The notes below the pieces were generated by a model. It was given only the letters and a program-made list of their open reading frames with translations. It ran no database searches and was not told the origin of the DNA. Shown here in pieces: positions 28,301-38,428 of a stretch of DNA of 64,000 nucleotides. Position 1 is the first letter of the stretch, and each line of letters opens with the position of its first letter. The stretch is from Betaproteobacteria bacterium (GTDB lineage Bacteria > Pseudomonadota > Gammaproteobacteria > Burkholderiales > SG8-39). A program made the translations under genes and the position numbers. The stretch lies in contig CANJJT010000006.1 in the NCBI GenBank assembly GCA_947474715.1, positions 12,588-76,587 on the forward strand, written 5' to 3'.

Positions 28301-28684
28301 ATGACCCCGACGATGACGACGGCGTACTGGTGTGTGCTGGCGGCGGCGATGCTGCCCTATGCAGCGGTGGGGCTGGCCAAGGCCAGGCCGGGATTCGACA
28401 ACCACGCGCCGCGCGAATGGCTGGCCCGCCTGTCCGGATGGCGCCAGCGCGCCCACTGGGCGCATCAGAACAGTTTTGAGGCATTCCCTGCGTTTGCTGC
28501 CGCGGTGATCATTGCGCACCTGGCGCAGGCGCCACAGGGCCGCATAGACCTGCTGGCCGTGGTGTTCGTGGTGGCCCGCGGGGCCTACATCGCTGCCTAT
28601 GTGGCCGATGCGGCGATCCTGCGCTCACTGGTCTGGAGCGTGGGCCTGCTGTCGGTGGTGGGGCTGTTCGTGGTCTCCGCCTGA
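28301..28684 (+). CDS. MAPEG family membrane protein
   Basis: MTTAYWCVLAAAMLPY...HQNSFEAFPAFAAAVIIAH pattern. The start is ambiguous (28295, 28301, 28313). 28301 has the best SD spacing. Confidence 0.7.
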   Translation: MTPTMTTAYWCVLAAAMLPYAAVGLAKARPGFDNHAPREWLARLSGWRQRAHWAHQNSFEAFPAFAAAVIIAHLAQAPQGRIDLLAVVFVVARGAYIAAYVADAAILRSLVWSVGLLSVVGLFVVSA

Positions 28685-28705
28685 GACGGGCTGGCCAGAT
28701 TGGTG

Positions 28706-28764
28706 GTGATTACAATTTCTTTGTTGATTCAATGTCCACGGCGCCTGCCATCCGGAAATGATCA
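28706..28764 (+). repeat. 59-bp conserved intergenic element, copy 2
   Basis: GTGATTACAAT-N14-CAATG-N3-ACGG-N16-ATGATCA with the same spacing as copies 1 and 3. Its right-hand TCA (28762-28764) is the glnE stop codon on the minus strand. Confidence 0.7.
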
Positions 28765-31572
28765 TTTCTTTCCGAGAACGGCCTGCCACAGGGACCGCGT
28801 TGCGCGCACCGCCGCGGCCACCTCGGACCGCGCTACCCGGGCGTAGCGCGCCCCGGCCAGGCGCAGCGAGTGCTGCAGCCTGCGAAACACCCGATAGGCT
28901 TCCTGCACTTCGGTCGCCAGCGCCGCATCGATGAGGCCCAGGCTGGCTGCGTGGCCGAGCAGCGCGATGTTGCCGTCGTTGCGGGCGAGCACGCCATGGG
29001 CATGGGCGTGGGCCAGCACCAGGTATTGCACGATGAACTCGATGTCGACCATGCCGCCGCGGTCATGCTTGATGTCGAATTCCTTGCTGGTATTGGGATG
29101 GCCTTCGGACATGGTCTTGCGCATCTTGCGCACTTCATCGGCCAGCGCCTGCGGATCGCGCCGGGTGCGCAGGATGGACTGGCGCTCTGCTTCGAAGGCG
29201 GCGCCGGTGGCGGCCTCGCCGGCGCAGAAGCGCGCGCGCGTAAGCGCCTGGTGTTCCCAAACCCAGGCCGACTCGCGCTGGTAGCGGCGAAAGGCGGTGA
29301 GTGAACTCACCATGAGGCCGCTGGCGCCATCCGGACGCAGCCGCAGGTCGGTCTCGAACAGCACGCCGGCCGCGGTGCGGCTGGTGAGCCAGGTGTTGAG
29401 CCGCTGGGCGAGGCGGGCATAGGCTTCCGCCGTGCCATTGCCATTGCTGTCGGCGTCGCCGTGTTCCCCGCCATCGTCATACAGAAACACGATGTCGAGG
29501 TCGGAGGCGTAGCCCAGTTCCTTGCCGCCCAGCTTGCCGTAACCGATGATGGCGAAGTGCGGCTTCTCGGGCAGCGTCGGCGTGCGTGTGCGCAGGCCGC
29601 TCCAGCACAACTCCAGCGTGACCTGCAGCACCAGGTCGGCCAGATCCGAAAGGTGATCAGCCAGGCTCTCCACGCTGAGTGCGCCGGCCAGGTCCTGCAG
29701 CAGCAGGTGAAACAACTGGGTGTGGTGGGTTTCGCGCAAGGCATCCATCTGCCTTTCCATGTCGCCTTCGGCTTCCATGAGCGTGCGGCGCAGTTCCTGG
29801 CCGACCTGGTGCCAGTCCGGCTTGGCCATCAGCAGGTTGGCGTCCAGCAGTTCGTCGAGCAGCACCGGATGGCGGTTGAGGAATTCGCCAGCCCAGGGTG
29901 AGGCCGAGACCAGCCCGGTCAGCCGTTCCAGAGCCACCGGATGTTCGTCCAGCAGCGCCAGATAGGCGGCGCGCCGGCTGATGGTTTCGATCAGGTCGAG
30001 GGCGCGCGCCAGGGTGGCATCGGGGCCGGGGCGCTTGGCCGACTGTTCCAGCAGCCGCGGCACCAGGGCATCGACGCGCTCGCGGCTGGATTCGGGCAGT
30101 GACTGATAGCGGCTGCCGGTGCGTATGCCTGCCAGTCGCGCTGCCACCGCGTCCGGCTCCGCATAGCCCAGCTCGCTCAGGCGGCGCAGCCGGGAAGCGG
30201 CAGCATCCTCCGCAGTGTCGGTCCACAGCGAGGCGAGCGCATGGCGCTGTTGAGCCTGGGTGGAGAAAATGCGCTCGAAGCGCAGGGCGACGGCCGTGCG
30301 ATGCATGGCCAGTGTCTTCTGGAAGGTGCCAGTGCTGCGGTATCCCATGGATTGGGCCAGCAGCTTTGCATCGACCGCGGCCTTCGGCAGCTCGTGAGTC
30401 TGGGCGTCATCCAGATACTGGATGCGATGCTCGACCCGCCTGAGGAAGTCGTAAGCGGCGCACAGCACCTGTACGTCCTCCGCCGTGAGCAGACGCTTTC
30501 GAGCGAGCAGATCCAGCACCTGCAGGGTAGGACGCGTCTGCAGTTCCGTTTCCCGCCCGCCACGGATCAGCTGGAACACCTGGGCGATGAATTCGATTTC
30601 GCGGATGCCGCCCGGGCCGAGCTTGACGTTATTGGCCAGTTCCCGCCGCGCCACCTCTTCGCGTATCTGTGCGTGCAGTTCGCGCATGGCCCCGAAGGCG
30701 CCGTAGTCGAAATACTTGCGGAACACGAAGGGCCGCACCGTGGCGGCCAGCGCCTGCTGCGCGGTGTTGCTGCCGGTCAGCGGCCTCGCCTTGATCCAGG
30801 CATAGCGTTCCCACTCGCGGCCCTGGCTCACCAGATACTGCTCCAGGGCGTCGTAGCTCATGGCCAGCGGACCGGGGTCACCCCAGGGGCGCAGGCGCAT
30901 GTCGACGCGAAATACATAGCCTTCATCGGTGGGCTGGTTGATCAGGCCAATGAGGCGTTTGCCGGCAGCCGAGAAGAACTCATGGTTGCTCACGCAGCGC
31001 GTGCCTTCACCCCGGGTTTCACCTTCCTCGGGATAGACGAAGATGAGATCGATGTCGGAGGAGACGTTGAGTTCGCCGCCGCCCAGCTTGCCCATGCCGA
31101 CCACCACCAGTTCCTGGCGTTCGCCCGCTTCCGAGCACGGCATGCCCAGCGTCTGCTGCAGCTCCTCCATGACGCAGGCGAGAGCGCGTTCGATGGCGAC
31201 TTCGGCCAGCAGGGTCATGGTCGAGCAGACTTCTCCCAGGCTGGCGCAGCCAGCCAGGTCGCGCTCCATCAGCGTGAGCAGTACCCGCTTGCGCAGGCGC
31301 CGCAGGCTGACGCCCAGGTCCGCACCCTCCTCGGCATCCAGGCAGGCGTGCATGGCAACGCGGGTCCACCCGATATCCAGTTGCGGCGCAATGTCCTCAA
31401 GCAGTGCCGGATGGGCCAACACCAGACTGCAGGCATAGCGCGAATGCCTGCGCGACAGTTCCAATGCGGCAGACATCTTCAACGCGGACGCCTTCGAGGG
31501 GCGGCGGGCAGCCGCCGGCCGGGCAATGGGTGCACCGGAATGACTGTCATCGGATGAGCGGGAACGTGACAT
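28762..31572 (-). CDS. glnE: bifunctional glutamine synthetase adenylyltransferase/adenylyl-removing enzyme
   Basis: Two nucleotidyltransferase modules (SSDIDLIFVYPEEGE and ASDLDIVFLYDDGGE), about 936 aa. Confidence 0.9.
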   Translation of the reverse strand: MSRSRSSDDSHSGAPIARPAAARRPSKASALKMSAALELSRRHSRYACSLVLAHPALLEDIAPQLDIGWTRVAMHACLDAEEGADLGVSLRRLRKRVLLTLMERDLAGCASLGEVCSTMTLLAEVAIERALACVMEELQQTLGMPCSEAGERQELVVVGMGKLGGGELNVSSDIDLIFVYPEEGETRGEGTRCVSNHEFFSAAGKRLIGLINQPTDEGYVFRVDMRLRPWGDPGPLAMSYDALEQYLVSQGREWERYAWIKARPLTGSNTAQQALAATVRPFVFRKYFDYGAFGAMRELHAQIREEVARRELANNVKLGPGGIREIEFIAQVFQLIRGGRETELQTRPTLQVLDLLARKRLLTAEDVQVLCAAYDFLRRVEHRIQYLDDAQTHELPKAAVDAKLLAQSMGYRSTGTFQKTLAMHRTAVALRFERIFSTQAQQRHALASLWTDTAEDAAASRLRRLSELGYAEPDAVAARLAGIRTGSRYQSLPESSRERVDALVPRLLEQSAKRPGPDATLARALDLIETISRRAAYLALLDEHPVALERLTGLVSASPWAGEFLNRHPVLLDELLDANLLMAKPDWHQVGQELRRTLMEAEGDMERQMDALRETHHTQLFHLLLQDLAGALSVESLADHLSDLADLVLQVTLELCWSGLRTRTPTLPEKPHFAIIGYGKLGGKELGYASDLDIVFLYDDGGEHGDADSNGNGTAEAYARLAQRLNTWLTSRTAAGVLFETDLRLRPDGASGLMVSSLTAFRRYQRESAWVWEHQALTRARFCAGEAATGAAFEAERQSILRTRRDPQALADEVRKMRKTMSEGHPNTSKEFDIKHDRGGMVDIEFIVQYLVLAHAHAHGVLARNDGNIALLGHAASLGLIDAALATEVQEAYRVFRRLQHSLRLAGARYARVARSEVAAAVRATRSLWQAVLGKK

Positions 31573-31833
31573 GTTGCCGGGAGGGACTGCAGGGGATTGC
31601 GGTTAGAATGTGCAGGTCGCGTCATAGAACCGCACACCGGTCATCGCAACGCATGCAGATAGGTAGTCCCCAAATGATGTTATGGGTGGTTCGGGATTAT
31701 TTTGCGTTGTTCTGGCTGCTGTCTCGCATTTTAGGCGAATCGGTGCCAGCCATGATCCCTGTAGTGTCTGCGCCAGCCATTCTCCCCACCGCCGCCATGG
31801 CACCCACCGCGTGTATCCGCTGCGGTTGACCTT

Positions 31834-34800
31834 GTGAACGACCCCCAGAAACCCTTCAGTGATTCGGTGCACGCTGCGGCCGATGCCATTGCCGCGGCTG
31901 GCACTGCGGCGGCCAGGCTGGAGCATGCCGCTGTCGAGGTGATCGAGACGGAACTGGCGCGGCGGCCGCGCTGGCGTGTGGCGCTGTCAGTGCTGGGCTG
32001 GACCATTATTTCCATCTATTTCCTGTTTGCCGCGATGGTGCTGGGCCTGCGCTACTGGATCCTGCCCAACATCGGCCAGCACACCGGGCTCATCGAGCAG
32101 AAGATCTCCCAGGTGGTGGGGGAACGCGTCACCATCGGCGAACTCACGGCCGGCTGGGATGGGCTGCGCCCGGAACTCGATCTGCGTGACCTGCGCGTCT
32201 ACGACGGGGCGGGCCATGTCGTGCTGGCCCTGCCTGCAGTGGAGGCGGTGCTGTCCTGGACGTCGCTGCTGGTCAATTCGATCCGCTTTCATTCGCTGAC
32301 CATCGACCGTCCCGACCTCGCCATGCGACGCGATTCGCAGGGCGACTTCCATGTCGCCGGCCTGCGGCTGACCAAATCAGCCCCGGATGAACCGGGATTC
32401 GCGGACTGGCTGCTGCGCCAGAGCGAGGTCAGCGTACGCAGTGCCCGCATCACCTGGGCCGATGAGCAGCGCAGTGCGCCCATGCTGGAGCTCTCCGGTG
32501 TCGGGCTGGTCTTGCGCAACAGCGGCAGCGCGCATCGCTTCGCACTGCGGGCATCCGTGTCGCGCGAACTGGCGTCGATGCTGGACGTGCGCGGGGAACT
32601 CAACGGCCGTGACATTGCCGATTCCGCCGGATGGAGCGGCCGGCTGTTCGCCGAGCTCGATTACATCAACCTTGGTGCCTGGCGCCGCTGGGTGGATTTC
32701 CCCGTCGAGTTGCGTTCCGGTGAAGGCGGAATGCGGATGTGGATCAGCTTTGCCAAGAATCGCATCACTGAAGCAACGGCCGATGTGACGCTGGCGCGCG
32801 TGGAGGCACGCCTGGCTCCGGAACTGCCGGTGATGGAGCTCGACTTCCTGAGCGGACGCCTGGGCGGCAAACGCAGTGCCACCCAGACGGAGTTGCTGGG
32901 ACGGAAACTCACCCTGCGTAGCCGTGGCGGCGTGGCGTTGCCGCCGGCCGAGTTGGTATTCCGGCTGCAGGCGGCGGCTGGCCAGCAGAAGGCCAGGGGC
33001 GAGTTCACCGCAGACACGCTGGAACTGGAGCCGCTGGCCAGGCTTTCCGCTTATCTGCCCCTGCCCCAGCCGATGCGCCAATGGCTGGATGCGGCGCAAC
33101 CGCGCGGGCATGTCCAGGACCTGAAGCTCAGCTGGAGCGATACGGGTGACCGCATAGACGAATACGTCGTGCGCAGCCGCTTTGCCGGACTGGGCATGCG
33201 GCCGCATGCCGGCATCCCGGGACTGTCCGGGCTGGCAGGCACGCTGAATGTCACGGAAAAGGCGGGCAGCGTATCGCTGGCCCGTGCGTCGTCGGCGACG
33301 GCCAAACCGCGCACCGAGCGCATCGCCATCGACCTGGGGAGCGTGCTGGGCGGATCGTTGCAACTGGACAGCCTCAGCGGAGAACTGGGCTGGACCATTG
33401 CCGCTGACAAGCGGGAGCTGAAGTTCCGTGACGTGGCCTTTGCCAATGCCGACGTGGCCGGGACAGTGGCGGGCAGCTACGCCACACGGGCCGGTTCCCC
33501 GGGCGTCATCGATCTCACCGGCAGTCTCACTCGTGCCGACGGTCGCGCAGTGTGGCGTTACATCCCGTACCTCTCGGACGGCTTGCGTAACTACCTCAAG
33601 GCGGCCATTGTCGCCGGCCAGTCGCGCGACGTGCAGTTGCGCCTGAAGGGCGATCTTGCCCAGTTTCCCTTCGATGACCCGAAACAGGGGCGATTCTCCG
33701 TGGTGGCGCGCGTTACGGACGCCGAGCTGAATTATCTGGATGGCTGGCCGCGCATCAGCGCCATTGCCGGTGAGGTCATCGTCGAAGGCAAGCAGCTTTC
33801 GGTGCGTGCCCAGCGCGGCATCGTGCTGGGCACGCGCCTGAGCAATGTGCGGGCAACCATCCCCGACATGATCCACCATGAAGAGCAGCTGCTGGTCGAA
33901 GGCCAGGCCGATGGCCCGTCTGCCGAGTTCCTGCGCTTCGTCGATGCTTCCCCCGTGGGTGGCTACATCGATGGCGTCACCCGGGACATGCGCGCGACCG
34001 GCACTGCGCGGCTGCAGTTGAAACTGGATGTGCCCTTGCGCAAGCCGGAGGCGACCAGGGTCGCGGGCAATGTGCAAGTGCAGAACAGCCAGTTGACCTT
34101 CGATCCCGATCTGCCGCCGCTCACCCAGGCCAACGGCCGATTTGACTTCAGTGAAAGCGGCTTCGCCATCAAGGGCGTGAGTGCGCAGTTCCTCGGCGGG
34201 CCGGTCACGGTGAATGCACAGACGCGCGAGGGCGGTGTGGTCATCAATGCCCAGGGCATCGCGACGGTGGCGGCAGTACGGCGTGTAATCGCCATGCCCG
34301 GCATCGAGTATGCGGGTGGGGCTGCACCCTGGCGCGGCACCATCACCGCGCGCCGCGGCATCATCGATGCGGTGATCGACTCGCCGCTGCAGGGTGTGAC
34401 CATCGACCTGCCACCGCCCTTCTACAAGAGCGCGCAGGAGACCCTGCCCCTGCATGTCGAGCGCAGCAACAGTGCCGATGCGGAAACCTCGAAGCGATTC
34501 CGCGGCCTGCGGCCGCCGGCAAAGGGAGACGTGATTTCGGTGACATTGGGATCGGGATTGGGCACGGGATCTGGCACGGGTACGAGTACTGTCACGGGGA
34601 CGGGCGCGGGCCGCAGCATGAACGCCCTGCTGTTGCGCCGCGCCGAGGGCAAAGGCTATGCGCTGGATCGCGCCAGTCTGGGACTGAACGAAACCGCGGT
34701 CTTGCCGACTACGGCAGGCCTGGCGGTGAATGGCAATCTGGACTACGTCGACATGGACCGCTGGCAGCCCTTGCTGTCGGGCAGCGCCTCCACGCCGGCA

Positions 34801-35934
34801 CCGGTGCCGGCCGTCGTCGCTGGTGCCGGGGCATCTACGCCAGCGGCAGGTCAGCGAACCACGGCGCTCAATTCGGTGAGCCTGCGCATCGGCACGCTGG
34901 ATGTGGCGGGCAAGCGCATCCACGACCTGGTGTTGCGCGCGCAGCCGCGTGGCGCCCAGTGGAATGCCAGCATCGATGCGAGTGAAATGAAAGGCGAGGT
35001 GAGATGGCGGCCGGAGGGGCGCGGCGTGGTGCAGGCACGACTGGCCCACCTGATCACCCCGGGTGATAGGCCCGGTCCGGTGGCGCCGGTCGGGGAAACC
35101 GCCCGCGAGTTGCCGGCGCTGGATGTGGTCGCCGAATCCTTCACCCACAGGGACCGGCAACTGGGCCGGCTGGAACTGGTGGCCGTGAATGACGCGCGCG
35201 ACTGGCGCATCGAGAAGCTGCAACTTAGCAATCCCGAGAGCAGTCTGAATGTGGACGGCATCTGGCAAAGCTGGGCAGCGCGCCCCAGCCTCAGCCTGAA
35301 TGTCAAACTGGAGACCAGCGACATCGGCCGTTTCCTCACCAGGATGGGCTATCCCGGCGTGATGGCCAATGGATCTTCACGCCTTGAGGGCAAGATAGGC
35401 TTGGCTGGCAGTCCGCAGGCGCCCGATTTCAGCACCCTGACCGGTAATCTGAAATTGACGGCAGATCGCGGCCAGTTTCTCAAGGCCGACCCGGGCGTGG
35501 CCAAGTTGCTGGGCGTGCTATCGCTGCAATCGCTGGTGACGCTGGACCTGCGCGACCTGTTTCGCGAGGGGTTTGCCTACGACAGCATTACCGGCACGGC
35601 GGCCATCACCAAAGGCGTGCTGGGCACCACCGATTTCTTCATGAAGGGCGCCTCGGCCCAGGTGCGTCTGTCCGGGACCATCGACCTGGCGCGCGAAACG
35701 CAGACCCTGCATCTGCGCGTGGTGCCTGCATTGGGTGATGGCGCTTCCACGGTGGCCGGCCTGATTCTGGCCAACCCGATCTTCGGCCTCGGAGCGACGC
35801 TGCTGCAGCGTTTGCTGAAGGACCCCCTCGGCCAGGTATTCGCGGTCGAGTACGATGTCACCGGCACCTGGGATGACCCCAAGGTTGCACGCACACGCGT
35901 GGACACGCCGGCGGCCGGGACCAACAGGGAGTGA
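31834..35934 (+). CDS. yhdP: YhdP family (AsmA-like, TIGR02099-type) large envelope protein
   Basis: 1366 aa with an N-terminal TM anchor and a long beta-rich body. The conserved neighbourhood glnE / yhdP / C-N hydrolase / tldD supports the call. GTG start. Confidence 0.75.
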   Translation: MNDPQKPFSDSVHAAADAIAAAGTAAARLEHAAVEVIETELARRPRWRVALSVLGWTIISIYFLFAAMVLGLRYWILPNIGQHTGLIEQKISQVVGERVTIGELTAGWDGLRPELDLRDLRVYDGAGHVVLALPAVEAVLSWTSLLVNSIRFHSLTIDRPDLAMRRDSQGDFHVAGLRLTKSAPDEPGFADWLLRQSEVSVRSARITWADEQRSAPMLELSGVGLVLRNSGSAHRFALRASVSRELASMLDVRGELNGRDIADSAGWSGRLFAELDYINLGAWRRWVDFPVELRSGEGGMRMWISFAKNRITEATADVTLARVEARLAPELPVMELDFLSGRLGGKRSATQTELLGRKLTLRSRGGVALPPAELVFRLQAAAGQQKARGEFTADTLELEPLARLSAYLPLPQPMRQWLDAAQPRGHVQDLKLSWSDTGDRIDEYVVRSRFAGLGMRPHAGIPGLSGLAGTLNVTEKAGSVSLARASSATAKPRTERIAIDLGSVLGGSLQLDSLSGELGWTIAADKRELKFRDVAFANADVAGTVAGSYATRAGSPGVIDLTGSLTRADGRAVWRYIPYLSDGLRNYLKAAIVAGQSRDVQLRLKGDLAQFPFDDPKQGRFSVVARVTDAELNYLDGWPRISAIAGEVIVEGKQLSVRAQRGIVLGTRLSNVRATIPDMIHHEEQLLVEGQADGPSAEFLRFVDASPVGGYIDGVTRDMRATGTARLQLKLDVPLRKPEATRVAGNVQVQNSQLTFDPDLPPLTQANGRFDFSESGFAIKGVSAQFLGGPVTVNAQTREGGVVINAQGIATVAAVRRVIAMPGIEYAGGAAPWRGTITARRGIIDAVIDSPLQGVTIDLPPPFYKSAQETLPLHVERSNSADAETSKRFRGLRPPAKGDVISVTLGSGLGTGSGTGTSTVTGTGAGRSMNALLLRRAEGKGYALDRASLGLNETAVLPTTAGLAVNGNLDYVDMDRWQPLLSGSASTPAPVPAVVAGAGASTPAAGQRTTALNSVSLRIGTLDVAGKRIHDLVLRAQPRGAQWNASIDASEMKGEVRWRPEGRGVVQARLAHLITPGDRPGPVAPVGETARELPALDVVAESFTHRDRQLGRLELVAVNDARDWRIEKLQLSNPESSLNVDGIWQSWAARPSLSLNVKLETSDIGRFLTRMGYPGVMANGSSRLEGKIGLAGSPQAPDFSTLTGNLKLTADRGQFLKADPGVAKLLGVLSLQSLVTLDLRDLFREGFAYDSITGTAAITKGVLGTTDFFMKGASAQVRLSGTIDLARETQTLHLRVVPALGDGASTVAGLILANPIFGLGATLLQRLLKDPLGQVFAVEYDVTGTWDDPKVARTRVDTPAAGTNRE

Positions 35935-35938
35935 ATGC

Positions 35939-36751
35939 ATGAGCAATGCAATGCCTTTCAGGGTGGCGGCCCTGCAGATGGTGTCGGAGCCGGATGTGGC
36001 GGTGAACCTGAGGCGTGCGGGTGCGCTGATTGCCGAAGCTGCGGCTCAAGGGGCGCGTCTGGTCGGCCTGCCGGAATACTTCTGCCTGTTGGGGCGCCAG
36101 GACAGTGACAAGGTTCGCGTGCGCGAGCCCGAGGGGGATGGCCCGATACAGACATTCCTGGCCGAGCAGGCGGCCCGCCATGGCATCTGGCTGGTGGGCG
36201 GCACGGTCCCGCTGGCCTGCCCTGATCCGGACAGGGTCTGGAACAGTTGCCTCGTGTTCGATGATCAGGGCCGTCGGGTGGCCCGCTACGACAAGATCCA
36301 CCTGTTCGGATTCGACAATGGTACGGAGCGCTACGAGGAGAATCGCAGCATCAGCGCCGGCTCGCAACCGGTGGCCTTCGATTCGCCGTTCGGAAAGATC
36401 GGCCTGTCGATCTGCTATGACCTGCGTTTTCCCGAGTTGTACCGCAGCTTGGCGCCGGTGGACCTGATTTTCGTGCCGGCTGCGTTTACTGCAGTGACCG
36501 GCGAGGCGCACTGGGAACCGCTGCTGCGTGCCCGCGCCATCGAAAGCCTGGCCCATGTGATTGCTCCGGCCCAGGGCGGCCTGCATGCCAATGGCCGCAA
36601 AACCCATGGTCATAGCATGGTCATCGATCCCTGGGGCCGCATACTGGCCGAGCGGCCGGCCGGCGAGGGCATCGTGATGGCAGAGGTGGACCCTGCCGTG
36701 ACCGCCCGATGCCGTGAGATGCTGCCGGCACTGCAGCACCGGGTGCTCTAA
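35939..36751 (+). CDS. carbon-nitrogen hydrolase (nitrilase superfamily) protein
   Basis: FRVAALQM...LPEYF...KIHLF...ICYDLRFPE catalytic E-K-C pattern. ATG at 35939 lies just after the yhdP stop. Confidence 0.85.
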   Translation: MSNAMPFRVAALQMVSEPDVAVNLRRAGALIAEAAAQGARLVGLPEYFCLLGRQDSDKVRVREPEGDGPIQTFLAEQAARHGIWLVGGTVPLACPDPDRVWNSCLVFDDQGRRVARYDKIHLFGFDNGTERYEENRSISAGSQPVAFDSPFGKIGLSICYDLRFPELYRSLAPVDLIFVPAAFTAVTGEAHWEPLLRARAIESLAHVIAPAQGGLHANGRKTHGHSMVIDPWGRILAERPAGEGIVMAEVDPAVTARCREMLPALQHRVL

Positions 36752-36854
36752 GACCGGACACCAGACATCTGGACCCCGCCCGGAAGTGCCCTGCCACTCC
36801 GATAGAATCGGTCTTCTCCTGATGAACGCGCATCGCGCATTTTGATCGGCCTAC

Positions 36855-38300
36855 ATGAACGCATCCGACGCCCTGTTCCAGACTGCCAGCAGCTACCTGC
36901 TCGCGCCCAACCAGTTGCAGGTGGAGCAACTCTCCGGCGTGTTCGGATCGATGCTTGCGCACAAGCTCGATTACGCCGACCTCTACTTCCAGTACACCCG
37001 CTCCGAGGGCTGGAGCCTGGAGGAGGGCATCGTCAAGTCCGGCAGCTTCAACATCGATCAGGGCGTGGGCGTGCGCGCGGTGAGCGGCGAGAAGACGGCC
37101 TTTGCCTACTCCGACGAGATCAGTCTGCCTGCGCTCAGGGATGCGGCCGCTGCGACGCGTGCCATTGCCAGGCAGGGCGGCACTTCGGAAGCAGGCCTGG
37201 TGCGACGCGGCACCGGCCGCGAGCTGTACACCGGGCTCGATCCTCTGGCCTCGCTGCCCGATGCGGAGAAAGTGAAGCTGCTGGAGCGACTGGAGCAGAT
37301 GTGCCGCGCACGTGACACACGCGTGTCCCAGGTGATGGCGTCGCTGGCCGGCGAATACGAAGTGATGTTGATCGCGCGCTCCGATGGTCTGGTGGCCGCT
37401 GATGTGCGCCCGCTGGTGCGGCTGTCGGTGCAGGTGATTGTCGAGCAGAATGGCCGGCGCGAGCAGGGCTCCGCAGGCGGTGGCGGACGCACCGACTACA
37501 GCATGTTCGATGACACCTGCCTTGCCGAGTTCGCCGAGCGCGCCGTATCGCAGGCGCTGATCAACCTCGACTCGCGTCCGGCGCCGGCCGGGCCGATGAC
37601 CGTGGTCCTGGGGCCGGGATGGCCCGGCATCCTCCTGCATGAGGCCATAGGCCACGGGCTGGAGGGTGACTTCAACCGCAAGGGCAGTTCGGCTTTCTCC
37701 GGCCGCATCGGTGAGCGAGTGGCTGCACCTGGCGTCACCGTGGTCGATGACGGCACGCTGGCCGGCAGGCGCGGTTCGCTCAACATGGATGACGAAGGCA
37801 ATCCGACCCAGTGCACCACGCTGATCGAGGATGGCATCCTGCGCGGCTATATCCAGGACACGCTGAATGCGCGCCTCATGGGCGTGCCGGTCACTGGCAA
37901 TGGCCGTCGCGAATCCTTCGCCCATGTGGTGATGCCGCGGATGACCAACACCTACATGCTGAATGGCACGCGGGATCCGGGCGAGATCATTGCTTCGGTC
38001 AAGAACGGACTGTATGCGGTGAACTTCGGCGGCGGTCAGGTGGACATCACCAGCGGCAAGTTCGTATTCTCCGCCTCCGAGGCCTACATGGTCGAGAACG
38101 GGAAGATCACCCATCCGGTGAAGGGCGCCACGCTGATCGGCAACGGCCCGGACGTGCTGACGCGCGTGTCAATGATCGGCAATGACCTCGCGCTGGACAC
38201 TGGCGTGGGCACTTGCGGCAAGGAAGGCCAGAGCGTGCCGGTGGGTGTGGGGCAGCCGACGCTGCGCATCGACGGTCTCACCGTGGGCGGCACCGCCTAA
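36855..38300 (+). CDS. tldD: metalloprotease TldD
   Basis: [11 protein letters not shown] zinc motif and a glycine-rich C-terminus, 481 aa. Confidence 0.9.
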   Translation: MNASDALFQTASSYLLAPNQLQVEQLSGVFGSMLAHKLDYADLYFQYTRSEGWSLEEGIVKSGSFNIDQGVGVRAVSGEKTAFAYSDEISLPALRDAAAATRAIARQGGTSEAGLVRRGTGRELYTGLDPLASLPDAEKVKLLERLEQMCRARDTRVSQVMASLAGEYEVMLIARSDGLVAADVRPLVRLSVQVIVEQNGRREQGSAGGGGRTDYSMFDDTCLAEFAERAVSQALINLDSRPAPAGPMTVVLGPGWPGILLHEAIGHGLEGDFNRKGSSAFSGRIGERVAAPGVTVVDDGTLAGRRGSLNMDDEGNPTQCTTLIEDGILRGYIQDTLNARLMGVPVTGNGRRESFAHVVMPRMTNTYMLNGTRDPGEIIASVKNGLYAVNFGGGQVDITSGKFVFSASEAYMVENGKITHPVKGATLIGNGPDVLTRVSMIGNDLALDTGVGTCGKEGQSVPVGVGQPTLRIDGLTVGGTA

Positions 38301-38428
38301 ACGCAGCGCTGGACTGATCGCGCGCGTTTGCGCTTTCCGGGGACTCGTCTCGGCCCGAAGCGGCCGGCGCGGGCCTGCCCCTCCAAATTCTCGTAGAATC
38401 GCCGCTTTCCTCCAGGGTCGAAGCCACC

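Noticed and set aside
28870-31557. Plus-strand ORFs antisense to glnE (e.g. 30241..31557, 438 aa) and similar antisense ORFs opposite clpA (43253..44413), xseA (47503..48468), lpxK/kdsB (49781..50938, 50682..51932) and fbp (52679..53611)
   Set aside because: Each overlaps a confidently identified gene on the other strand and shows only high-GC antisense composition.
32377-35268. 963-aa ORF on the minus strand
   Set aside because: Antisense to yhdP. No SD, no motifs, and Arg/Gly/His-rich composition.
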